The translations under genes and the position numbers were made by a program. DNA of 64,000 bases, from assembly GCA_965235115.1 (NCBI GenBank), contig OZ249436.1, positions 30,754,001 through 30,818,000 on the forward strand. The letters are read 5' to 3'. Every line of letters begins with the position of its first letter. Within the stretch, counting starts at the first letter, position 1. Below, one piece after another: positions 12,291-24,147 of this stretch. Origin of the DNA: Laetmonice hystrix. Taxonomy: Eukaryota. The notes below the pieces were generated by a model. That model saw only the letters and a program-made list of their open reading frames with translations, was not told the origin of the DNA and searched no databases.

Positions 12291-15156
12291 TTAAATGGTG
12301 CCTTTGGTTCACCTTTATAAATGTATTTATAGAATCTGCCGATCTCGCATGCTGATGGGCAGAACGTATGCCTGTATAATGTATATATATCCAAGCCTTA
12401 CATGTTTGAGAATATGACACATATTTCCATATAAGGGATATAAGTACACTCGTAATATATTTCCGTGGCATGTCAAGTGACAATTCCGCCAGCTATTACA
12501 GGTGGCCGTGGCTACTGCTATTGTTTCACCTCGTAAAGACAGGGATATACCACTGAGAAACCTTGAGGCCAGAACCGAAGGACCCTGGACAGACAACACG
12601 GTGTGTACATTATGATGGGTAAGTAGGATGTGCGACACAATAAATGTACGTTGAAAGATGGCAATCACACGAGCCGTTTGGCTGAGATATGACACCGGTA
12701 CGGAAGGAACCCCTCCCCGTACTCTGATTTCATAAATGTGTAGCCGAGTAAGTAGTGATTGCAAGTTTTTTTTTTATTATGGTAGGAAATGACTAAACAA
12801 ATCCAGAAAATTAATGTTGACATTACAAACATAGGCATAAAGCCATGGTGCAGCAAATATCATTTTTTATATCATATAAATGATTCGGACCATACGTTAT
12901 GCTTTCATTCATGCACAGTTTTATGCGTCACCTTTCCATGAAGACCCTTTCAAGAGGAATATATACAAGACTACCGTACCTCCTATGGGAAATGCATACT
13001 GCAGAGTAACCATGGTAACCTTCATTGATCTACTGCATTGCAGTCCGAGCGACTTCAGACGGTATCTGAGTAGCAGAAGGCAAACTGTTGAGCCGATCAC
13101 GTGCCAGCCATGAGAGACGGCCGAGGTGGAGTTCTACAGTACTAACTAAGGCGTTGTCTTCTATAGGTACTCATCCCTCGAACTCTGTGCTCCCTCTGAC
13201 CAAGCCAGAGAGTAACATTTAATGAATCTATCTACTCAGACTTTTAACCAGGAACAAATGGAGAGATAGCGTGAGAATTGCCGATTTGCACCAGTGGTTC
13301 GTTCAATATTCAGAATGTTGGAATAGCAACTCGTACAATCTGTGAAAGCGTGCACCGAGTCGATTTGAAACGGTCCGAATCCCTCGCGTAGACCAGTGTG
13401 CAATGGTTTATGCTTTCGAAGACAAAATGCTGGTGGCACTACAGACGAAGTGCAGAGTAAAGAATTGCTCTGACAAAGTAAATCCATGCAAATACACAGA
13501 TGTTAGGCCCTCTATCTCATTAACGGAGAGCGCCCGGAAAAGTGCTCTCAGCTCCATATGAAAAAGTCTAAGCCTATAAAAAGTATGTTTAAAACTTTTT
13601 TAAACGTGAAACTTAAATACCTAAGTTCATACAATATGTAACAAGGACAAGGCGCGCCTTGCTCTTTCCATTGTCCCGTGTTCCCAAATCTGCCATGTAA
13701 GTGTAACCAACAGACGGAGTGGTGCCATGAACGGACTGTTCAAAGAGGGAATCATTGGGCTGCACTGGTTTCAGTGGGTGCTGACACTGCCGTGCAAACC
13801 CCACCAGTTTGTGGACAGACCCTCAGACATACCGACAGCTGGCTGGTCCATTCTGAGGACACATCAAACAGCCACAATGGAACCACACATCCCCGGCAGC
13901 CAGACTCAGAAGACACCCCTGTCAGTATAATTATCATTTCAAGGGCGCGATCAGAGATCCATAACAAACTTGGCCAGCTCGAATACAACACTGTAATGTT
14001 GTCAGTCAAATCATTGCCAAGCATGAAGTCTGTCAGCTTCTCGGCTTTCCAATAAAAGCACAAAATCTGTTTGTAAAAGAAAAAATATTCACAGAAAGCG
14101 AGTCTGACAATCACACAGAACCTGGGGCGATATGCCGGTAAATTATTTAGAAGGTCCGCTGCTGAATTCTTTTTTCACAACGGAAGGAAAGTCAAAGTAA
14201 AATACACCAGAAGAAGTGAGATATCTGATCCTAAATTAATTTGAAGACGTGACCGTCTCCGCTGTATGAGAGTCTTAGATTGGTGAATCTTATAGCAGTT
14301 ACTTTACGTCACGTCGACTTCAATGCACACACTCTAACTGTATGTAACGCTGTCAATACAATTCAAGCTCAAATAGCCGCAGATTCTGTATTCAAAAGAA
14401 AAAAGTCCGATCTTTCAATTAAGGGTAACATATTCTTTTGAGGACATGAAGGGATATTCTAGAGATATAAACCGTTCTGCCACTAAATTGACTGGAATTT
14501 TGAAATCCTTTTAATTGAAGTTTCCTGTCATTTGTTGGAAGCAATGGCTGAGGTCGCATGTTGCATTTAATACATGTATGCACCAACGAACAGCAGAGAG
14601 AACTATCGATATTTTTCTTGCTGTCACCCCTCTCATATTTAGTGATCCACAGCACAAGCACGAAGTCATAACCCCCCCCCCCCCCTCCCATCAAAGCCAC
14701 TCCCCTAACACAAACCTTTTATCATATTGCACTCCAACAGGCGTGTTATGGTGTTAAAGTACTTCCCTCTGAAAAAAAGGGCAACCGTCTTCCTACATTA
14801 TGTATGTTGGTTTGTGAGTGCATGAATAACATCACCTCCTGCGTCTCCAACCTGAAGCCCAGACCTCGGTTACATCCAGCCTCCTCTGGTGCCGACGTAC
14901 CCGACTCCGGTACATTCTACCTGTAGCACTCAGTGTCTGGTGGCATGCAGAGTCTAGCCACCAGTGTCTGTACATACCTGACGGGTGGTACCTCGATCAC
15001 AAGGCATCCTGTCTCGAGCACCGAGCCGCCCGCCCCGCCCGCCCAGCGCTTGATCCCGTCTCGTGTCACGCCCTCCGACAACTCCTCGCCCGTCGCCGCC
15101 CGTCGTCACTGCCGACTGCCCTTTGTCCCTGTCTGACCTTCACACTAATATTTCAG

Positions 15157-15578
15157 TTTGGGTCCAGGACACCGGTGGTGGCTTACATGATTTGTCCATA
15201 ACTCCTGTGGTGGCTTACATGATTTGTCCAGGACACCGGTGGTGGCTTACATGATTTGTCCATAACTCCTGTGGTGGCTTACATGATTTGTCCAGGACAC
15301 CGGTGGTGGCTTACATGATTTGTCCAAAACTCCGGTGGTGGCTTAAATGATTTGTCCAAAACTCCGGTGGTGGCTTACATGATTTGTCCAGGACACCAGT
15401 GGTGGCTTACATGATTTGTCCAAAGCTCCGGTGGTGGCTTACACGATTTGTCCAAAACTCCGGTTGTGGCTTACACGATTTGTCCAGGACACCGGTGGTG
15501 GCTTACACGATTTGTCCAGGACACCGGTGGTGGCTTACACGATTTATCCAGGACACTGGTTGTGGCTTATATGATTTG
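15157..15578. repeat. Minisatellite, 32-bp unit, about 13 copies
   Basis: TTTGTCCAGGACACCGGTGGTGGCTTACATGA, interleaved with TTTGTCCA(T/A)AACTCC.. variants. Confidence 0.97.
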
Positions 15579-16190
15579 CATTCATACAGTTATTGTGTCA
15601 CAATCATGTAAATTAACGCTCTTCCAGGCAGACTACCCTCGAGACTGGGGTGGGGGTTCGGGGTTGGGCAGTAATCCGACCAGTATTTGTTCGGTGAGAA
15701 CCGTTCTAAACTATTATAATTAATTTTGAACATCGATGTCCTTTTATCTATGGACGTCTTCCTAATCTATTGATATATTTCCACCTATAGAAAGTCTTCA
15801 CGCCAGCAGATGTCTGTCTGTATTCCATCAGCAATACAAATGGAGCTGTCTAGACGATCGCCACTGTAATGTTTTCTTTATCAAGATATCCACGTGATTT
15901 ATGTTATATTTGATTATCACTGCAAACACACCGAACCGTTTCTTCTGGCTCGAGTTTTTACATGTGCAATGTTAATGATTTCTTCAATCTATGGTCGTAC
16001 TGAATAATCTGATACCGTTAATTCTGGAAACAGAAATCGATGACAGTATGTCCAACCATCGAGATCTGAAGGCTAGACCAACCTAACTAAAACTCCAGGT
16101 ACGTTCCCATGTCCACTATACGGTATTAAAACAACAGGATATTGTGTTTCTCACGCAATTCTTTTTGCGGAGAATACTGTAATTTTTAAA

Positions 16191-16542
16191 GCACATTTTT
16201 AAAGGACCAAATAAATCATATGTCCCGTCAAACTGTAGAAACAGAGCACCTACATTTCCAATACCACCATGTTAGTATAGTATTCTCTCCTGTTAAATTC
16301 AAGTCTCTCTCCTCTGTAGCATCTCCATTAGTTTCTTGCCCCGCCTCCGGCTGGTATAGACTGCTGCACATTTTTAAAGGACCAAATAAATCATATGTCC
16401 CGTCAAACTGTAGAAACAGAGCACCTACATTTCCAATACCACCATGTTAGTATAGTATTCTCTCCTGTTAAATTCAAGTCTCTCTCCTCTGTAGCATCTC
16501 TATTAGTTTCTTGCCCCGCCTCCGGCTGGTATAGACTGCTGC
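16191..16542. repeat. Near-perfect tandem duplication of a 175-bp unique segment
   Basis: GCACATTTTTAAAGGACCAAAT...GTATAGACTGCT starts at 16191 and again at 16366. I see one substitution (ATCTCCATT vs ATCTCTATT) and a GC microhomology at the junction. Confidence 0.95.
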
Positions 16543-17480
16543 TTACGTAATGTGCCCTGGCTCATCGTGACGTGATTGTACAGGGTGCAGGTAATCCACG
16601 TCTAGACACACGCCTACCCGCGCCGTCAGTTTATCTGGATCCTTGCCCGGCTATATACCTCTCTCTGCATGGTGAACGTATAGCAGCAGGAGTCAGACAG
16701 CATCTGATATGTCAGTCCATCCTCTCCATCACAATCCCGGGCATCCTGGGGACGCTGAGGCGAACCTTGCTGCTGCAGCGCCAATATCCATGTTTTAGGT
16801 CTGTGAGGTCTGTGGTGCCTAGAACCACGAATGGGACCGGTCTGCCCCCTACGGGACGCAGATCGATCAATAACACAGGTCTATCGTCCCGCGCCTGTTA
16901 TATATGTGTTACCAACTTGTCCATCGTCTTCCTCCCCACCTGACGTCTCAGTGACGGAGCCGTACGTCAGTCACCCTGCATCCCGTGTCCAACCCCCAGA
17001 CAGCACGCACCGTATTAACATTAAAATGTTGCTGCACATGGCAGACTGACTGATAGTGCTAGACAACCGCGGCGAATATGTACAGGTGCTGCACGCTGTA
17101 GCACTTTGCAATGCTCTGGTTCAGCTAGATGGGAGGTCTGCTACCACTACTGCCACAACCACCTGAGTCTTGACGGCTACCTGTACACCCAACCATGCAC
17201 TCCGTGAGTGACTACGTCTGGTGTCTGCCGGTAAAATCTATGAAATCCTCCCAGGCTAGCATCAATATCCTAGTAATTGATTCAGCTACTAAAGATGCTA
17301 TCAATACGTCGGGGCTGTGATTTATATTGAACGACAGAAGCCATGGCTCGTGGTCAATACACAGAGGGATGCACTTCAAAAGGAGAATGGGAATCTCCAA
17401 TCACGCGGTGATTTAGTGTTTTCTTCAGGAGAAAAGGGACGGTGTACCAGGAGGGACAGCCACCGTCTCTGTAATCATTA

Positions 17481-17927
17481 AATGAGACCACTGTTGTGGA
17501 ACTTAGCCCCTATCACCCCCCCCCCTCCTGCCAGTCAGAATGAGACCACTGCTGTGGAACTCAGCCCCTATCACTCCCCCTCCTGCCAGTCAGAATGAGA
17601 CCACTGCTGTGGAACTCAGCCCCTATCATTCCCCCCTCCTTCCAGTCAGAATGAGACCACTGCTGTGGAACTCAGCCCCTATCACTCCCCCCTCCTGCCA
17701 GTCAGAATGAGACCACTGCTGTGGAACTCAGCCCCTATCACTCCCCCTCCTGCCAGTCAGAATGAGACCACTGCTGTGGAACTCAGCCCCTATCACTCCC
17801 CCTCCTGCCAGTCAGAATGAGACCACTGCTGTGGAACTCAGCCCCTATCACTCCCCCCTCCTGCCAGTCAGAATGAGACCACTGCTGTGGAACTCAGCCC
17901 CTATCACTCCCCCCTCCTGCCAGTCAG
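17481..17927. repeat. Minisatellite, 55-56-bp unit, about 8 copies
   Basis: AATGAGACCACTGCTGTGGAACTCAGCCCCTATCACT(C)nTCCTGCCAGTCAG; units differ mainly in C-run length. Confidence 0.97.
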
Positions 17928-18718
17928 CAGAGGTCGACCAGATGATAATCTATTCAGGCGTTACCTTCTAAAAGATGCAGATTTTTGACTGAAATTCTTC
18001 CTGGGTTATTTTACTGAAATCGGATGAATAAATCAAGTTTACGTGTACAAAGTGTTCCACAATTCATTCAAAAACAGAACTTACTTTTGTGTATTCGTCT
18101 TCCAAATGTGTTGTTCTCCGTGTAAGATGTCCGTTGTATGCCATTGGTATATTTTACCCGTTGTTCACACAATGTCTATAGCGATATATTTGTTCGACAG
18201 AGAGATTTGTATACAACCTTTATATATGTCATCTCACAAAATCAATCACATTACCAAGATATGCCCTGTATAGGGTCACTTGGAAAATGATAGGCCTATA
18301 ATAAGTAGGTCATGTAGAGTTGATCCGTACAGATCCATGAGTATATAATGCAGGCCATAAGTGTGTAATGTAGGCCCTATATATCAAGATAAAACAATAT
18401 CTTACCTAATGTAACCTACCCAATAGGCCACAGATATAAAAACAATAGATGTTCAAACGACCGGTCTCTACTACGTATTTTAAACCTGAGAAATGCCCCT
18501 AATCCGTATTGATAATAATCAGGTAAACCACTAACACACATATAATATCTTAAACCGGTTAGCTTGGATCAAGGACAACATTGAACACTTCTTATTCCGT
18601 ATCATACGGCCACTCCCATGGACTGAATCCTGCCTGCCCCACTCAATTTCATTCACTCACTCACTCAATTGAGAATGAGTGGGGTGAACACTCACTCACT
18701 CACACAGTGAGGTGGTAA

Positions 18719-18808
18719 GGGCCAGTTGCATGACTCTCCGTTCGTTAAAATTCTCATTGAAAATACATGGAGAAATGAACGAAGGGAGAGTCATGCCCAG
18801 TCTGGCCC
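18719..18808. repeat. ~90-bp inverted repeat (mini-MITE or hairpin)
   Basis: GCATGACTCTCCGTTCGTT (18728-18746) pairs with AACGAAGGGAGAGTCATGC (18778-18796) with one mismatch; outer GGCCAG/CTGGCC. Confidence 0.7.
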
Positions 18809-21800
18809 AGGGCCTGGTGGTGGCCTGGTCCAGCCCGTACTATCTCCGCAATGACAATATTGCGATGCTTGAATTATAATATCTGGCTCATTCCCTGGTG
18901 CCTCTCTTTCTTCCCTCCTTAAAACAATGGTCGACTTATATTGTGGTTAGAGGCTGACGCTTCGATTCGGGAGTACATCTGTAGCTGCAAGAATGTGAAG
19001 ATTTCTCATTTCTATGTAGGGTCGCGAAGGGACAAACACATTATTTTACACTAGGCTATATTGGGTGAATCAATAATGGCAGACAACTGTCCGGTATCGG
19101 GAATTAATTTTTGGCTGAGTTTCAGCGATTCCAGTTTCTTGATTTATTCAATACCACAGTGCATAGTCTCAGTAATTGTTTGACGGTTTTATGCTATGCA
19201 GTCATTACATTACAGTCAATAATACGAGGCAAGCTAACATATTCTTACATTAAATTCTTTCCAGCATATTCACCCCGAGTCTGAATGTCTTCTGTATTAC
19301 GTCGTCCAAACGACAATCTCGAGAGAATTCTTTCTCTATATTAAAACACCCCCTTCCTTTCCCTCAATCAGTACTAAACAAAGCTTCCTTTTCCTCAATC
19401 AGTACTAACCATGGCATTATAGACAGTATACCGGCCAATCAACTTGTCAACTGTAGGCTCTGACGCATACAGACAACGGCAGAATTACAATTCCCGCACA
19501 GTATGAGAGAAAATGAACAGGCATCAAAAAGAATGACCACAGAAGGGGCTGGATGACGATATCAAACTGCAACCAATATACTGAAACAAGCGACATGATG
19601 GTGTCAATCGGTATCCAGTGAACAAAGCCATACAATGTGAACAAACACCCAAGCTATATACATGTACCAGGAGTTCCCGAATGCCCCAGATACTGATCGA
19701 CCACTCGTAATATACCGCGACAAATTAGTCGTGGAGTTTTGTCATGACAGATGGTGGATGTCTCTATGCCCACACACGACTGGGTGGCAGTCAATATGAC
19801 GTCACTAGACATTATTGACTTCCTTCATTAGCCGAAGCTGCTCAGTTAAATGGAACCCAAGACAGGATCAGCCTTGTGGAGATGATATTTACAAAGCAAC
19901 AGTAGTACTCTCTAAATTCTCCAAGGAATGAAAGTTTAAAGCTATCGGTAAACTTCAGTCGGTGAGGGTGTATAATATCTCCATTCCAGACGTGTGTGTT
20001 GGTGTTCTCCAAAGACATGAATTATTTTGGAATATTACTTGTGCCAACACAACATGGATAAGGTTATACACCCCATCTTCAAAGCAATTAATAAAACACA
20101 TTTACGTGCATTACTATCTAATAAGGTACCAAATTAAAGTATAAGATTATGCAAAATTAGAGTTATTCTATATGACCTTGATTCTACCCTTACAGAGTTT
20201 ATAAAGTGGGGGGGGGGGGGGTTGACGTTGCACGTCAAAGACCTGGTTGTATGCCATCATTATAATAACAGCACATGATGGCGTGTGTCTTCAGTATAAC
20301 AATAGGCGCCATCTGACTGGCAGCAGTTATACAAACACATTCTGGCACCAGGTATTATACCTCACCATTGGCCCTGATGAATGAGGCCACCATGTGGTCT
20401 ACATCCAGGTAGACCCAATGTTATACTCGTTCATATCCTATGGTGAATGGTTGTAGGAGTCTCAGTATTACAACCTACGCTACTGGTGGAGGTGGAGGAG
20501 GTAGATTACATCCTTCCCTTCAACTTAAAACTTACTCAGGACTTAAAGGTTACAGGTAGGCCTATAACTGTTGAAATACAAGGAAATGATCAGAATTAAA
20601 TTACCTGGTATTTGGAATATTTCGGAAATTCCAGCTGAGAAATTCCAGCCCCCACCAAATGTCCTTATTATACGGATGCTCCTAAATTTGTTGAGCAATC
20701 GGGTCTTTCTCGTGTCGAAAAATGATCCTATAAATAATAAGTGTTGACCTACAACAACAACTATAAAGCAACAATAATATTGTACTTACGCTTCCAGCTT
20801 CAGTACCCATCATTGGATGAGAGATTCCCTCTATATTTGTTTCTATTTATAGACACTTAGATGCCAATTCGTACCATTTGGCTCGCTCTCAATATAACCA
20901 TGCACGAGGTCTAGACGAAAAACCTTTTGAGAAAAAGTCTTTGGGAGGGTCAAACCTGTGGAATAATAATGTCCATTGGTAGGTCTCATTTAGTTTGGGA
21001 ACTACTAAAACAAAGCATGCCCGAAGGTCATGTCACCACTGTATCAGACAGGGCGTAAGGACAACGCCTATCTAAACAATTAAAACACCACCTCAGGCCC
21101 AGCCCAGCTGTGTGACTCAGTTACCTTAATTGATGACTTAATTCAAACGGCACGCAAACCTTTCTGGGTAGTTCTCTCATCCGCTCATTTTCACGACACT
21201 CCACTCATTTCGACATGATATCTTATTAGTAACTCACTGTTATTTTACGGTATGAATAATCATGAATGTAGTTATTGATATTTTGCGCTGCCCTCGACCA
21301 AGTGATCTGCAGTGACTGTGTTATTGAGGTCAGTGAAGGCCTGAGGGCAAGTCCTCATCACCTGGACCGAATACAACCTGGTGTGGACATGGCGACCGCC
21401 CACGTCCGCGGTACGTATGGGATAATAACTCTGCACCTATATCCAACCACATACAATACCCTACTGGGCCACCGTAAAATTATAGAAAATATATCAACGA
21501 AAACAAATACGGATGCTCTTGTTATACTCAGAATAAGACTTCTTCAGTCAAGAAACCTATAGACTAAATGAGGCATGAAGAAAACATGGGGTCAAGTCTC
21601 TCACTATAAAGATTAGTATGAAGCCCTGCATGTCAATTGATAACGTTTAGAAATGAAGTCAACAAATATCCTTTCTTTCTGTTCATATCGAATAAAAACT
21701 GTCCGTAGTCTACTGTCCATTGGCACCTGCTGGTATCCTACTTTCTGATCTTCCGGTTGTTTGGAAAGCCTAAGAAAACATAGTTCCAAGCCTCATTACG

Positions 21801-24147
21801 TCTGATGGCATACAACTGGAGTTGTATATGTTCAGACAGGCTTCCACTGAAATGCATTCACCTTATCAAAGTACTTCTTCTACTGTCTTTGAAAAGAAAC
21901 CTTTCTATATAGGTCTAGAATAAAGGGCGTACAGGTGGCCTGGGACGATGACGAGTGATCACATGCTGGTTCATTCACGTATTTTTTATATCATGTTTTA
22001 ATACTGCGTGTGGGAGGGGGAGGGGCGGGGCCAGGAGGGGCGAGCCTGTAGCTGTCAATATTACTAATCTCAATGGATCGTCCTAAGTGTTTCTCAGGCC
22101 ATCATTATCAGTACTCCGCTCGGCAGAGGTAAGCAAAGGGCAAGGCTGGATTAACAGCTGGTGTTCGTAGATCAACAAAACAAATATACTTGGATGATCC
22201 CTCTTGAGCTGGGATCTGGCGCCTCAGCCGCCCGGATTATCATGCCATCTCTAATCACTGCCAAGTTGGCACCACGATATATATCACTACAATTTCTTCC
22301 CACACGTCCGTAATGTTTCAAGGCCAAGCAGCAGAACAAGTCATGAACGTAGCAGCAGTCTAAGAAGATCTTCGGAAGAGGCTCGGATCTCTTAATGCAG
22401 TTATTATAGCCCGTCAGTGGGTTCAGGTTTTACGGTTGTTGTTTGGAAGATGACACCAGTTGTACCCAGGTCAGGGTGCTCTGGTCAATGTCAAAAAACG
22501 TGTTTATGCCCCCCCCCCCGACCACCTCCAGGAGTCCCCGGGTGGTCGAGACCTGACCTCGAGAGCCGGAGGGGGGGGGGGCGCTGGAGCAACTAACCCG
22601 TTAACATGCTGGGAGCAATCAAATAACTGTAAAGATTTCTGCCTGAAAGCACTCGGTGAACTGTCTGATGGCCGCATGAAATGGTTCCCAGTTGGAAGAC
22701 GTCATGGCAATAACGACTGTATACATACAGGTACATAAAAAACATCAAGCTGCGCCTCAAACAAATATTTCTTCACTTTCTTGAACTTACGGAGAGGGGT
22801 CTCTGTTTACTAGATCCAAGCACTCGTTGATCCAAGAGAAGCCCTACTGCTTTCAAAGTATACAGCGACAGTTCTATATTCCAGGGACCAATAAAAGTAT
22901 TTTATGTAAACGAAAAGCAATAAATCCGAATGAAATTCCGTCTTTTCACATAGGCTGCTTTTGTGTGTGTGCACTTCTTATGTGAAATTAGCATCTCTTT
23001 ATAGAAATACGTGAGCTCTGGCCGGACTGCCTCCTATAGCTGCGGTAAATCCACTCACCTACATCGTGTGTTCTGTGTATAGATCACATATCTCTTAATA
23101 TGACAGACCTATTTGATGTCTTATGAAATACATATTCAAAACGTACACATGCTGCACTCACTTGACCTCAAACTATGACGGAAAGAATAAAACAAACATT
23201 GTTATAAATTCGCTGTATTCTGACGATCTCGTTTATACAAGTCCTTCATGATGGTCTTTCGCCACGCTGCCATGAAACTTGTTCCAAGTGGCATGATTTC
23301 CGAAAACCTAAATGTACGTTTGTAAATAACTTATCCGAATGACGTAAATAAACAAGGTATATAGCCCAGGATGTTGGCCAGCTATATCCTGCCCGGACCA
23401 ATTCATCCACATAGAGTGTGTATATATTTGAGTGATGCCATGGGGTGGGGGCGGCTTCGGACATAAAGTGACACACGATGCTCCTTAACACTGGCGCTGT
23501 AGGGCGCCGTATACTTTTGAGTTCTGCCCAACATGGAGCCCTTTAGAAGTGGTAAGGTAAAGGCCAAGTTTTAAGTGGTGGAGGTTTCTCGGTCAAGAGG
23601 TCACTTGGAATGGTAAAGGTCAGATGCAAGGTCAAGTATCTCATTCACTTATATTCAACAGGAACATTAGGGAGTAGATGTCTTAAGTTCTCAACATGTT
23701 TTAATTTGTCGTCTATATCGTGACACAAGTATTGAGAAAAAATCGATATAGAAAAATAAGTAATCTTATTTGAATTCTATAGAATATTAATTTCTATCTT
23801 AACATCCATTAAGTTGCGAAAACACTCAGTCTGCCGAATAGTACATTATGTATGTCGTATGTGTGTTTATGTAAGTGTGCCTATAGCTATGGTTGTTTTT
23901 CATACACAATCTCCCCCGCACACCCCCAACCCCCCGCCGATCTCCAGCCCTTCGATCCCGGAACATCCCCAAGTATTTCGACCCCCAGGTCCGGTTCCCA
24001 TGCCGACCCCTAGGAACCACTTGACTGGCGATCCTCACACAATAAACACACCAACCCTCTACAGGCGGAAACCTCCGCGCCATCCACAGCACGCCAATCT
24101 GTTTCTCATCTATAGAGACCAGAAAAAAGGGCCACAAAATGCTCGGC

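Noticed and set aside
20785..20832. Minus-strand mini-exon GISHPMMGTEAGS|GTAAGT
   Set aside because: The donor is good but the upstream AG is preceded by a purine-rich tract, and nothing else supports it.
22012..22042. G-quadruplex-capable G-runs (also ~29205-29245, 47163-47190)
   Set aside because: G and C runs are common here, mostly in MITE subtermini, and nothing indicates function.
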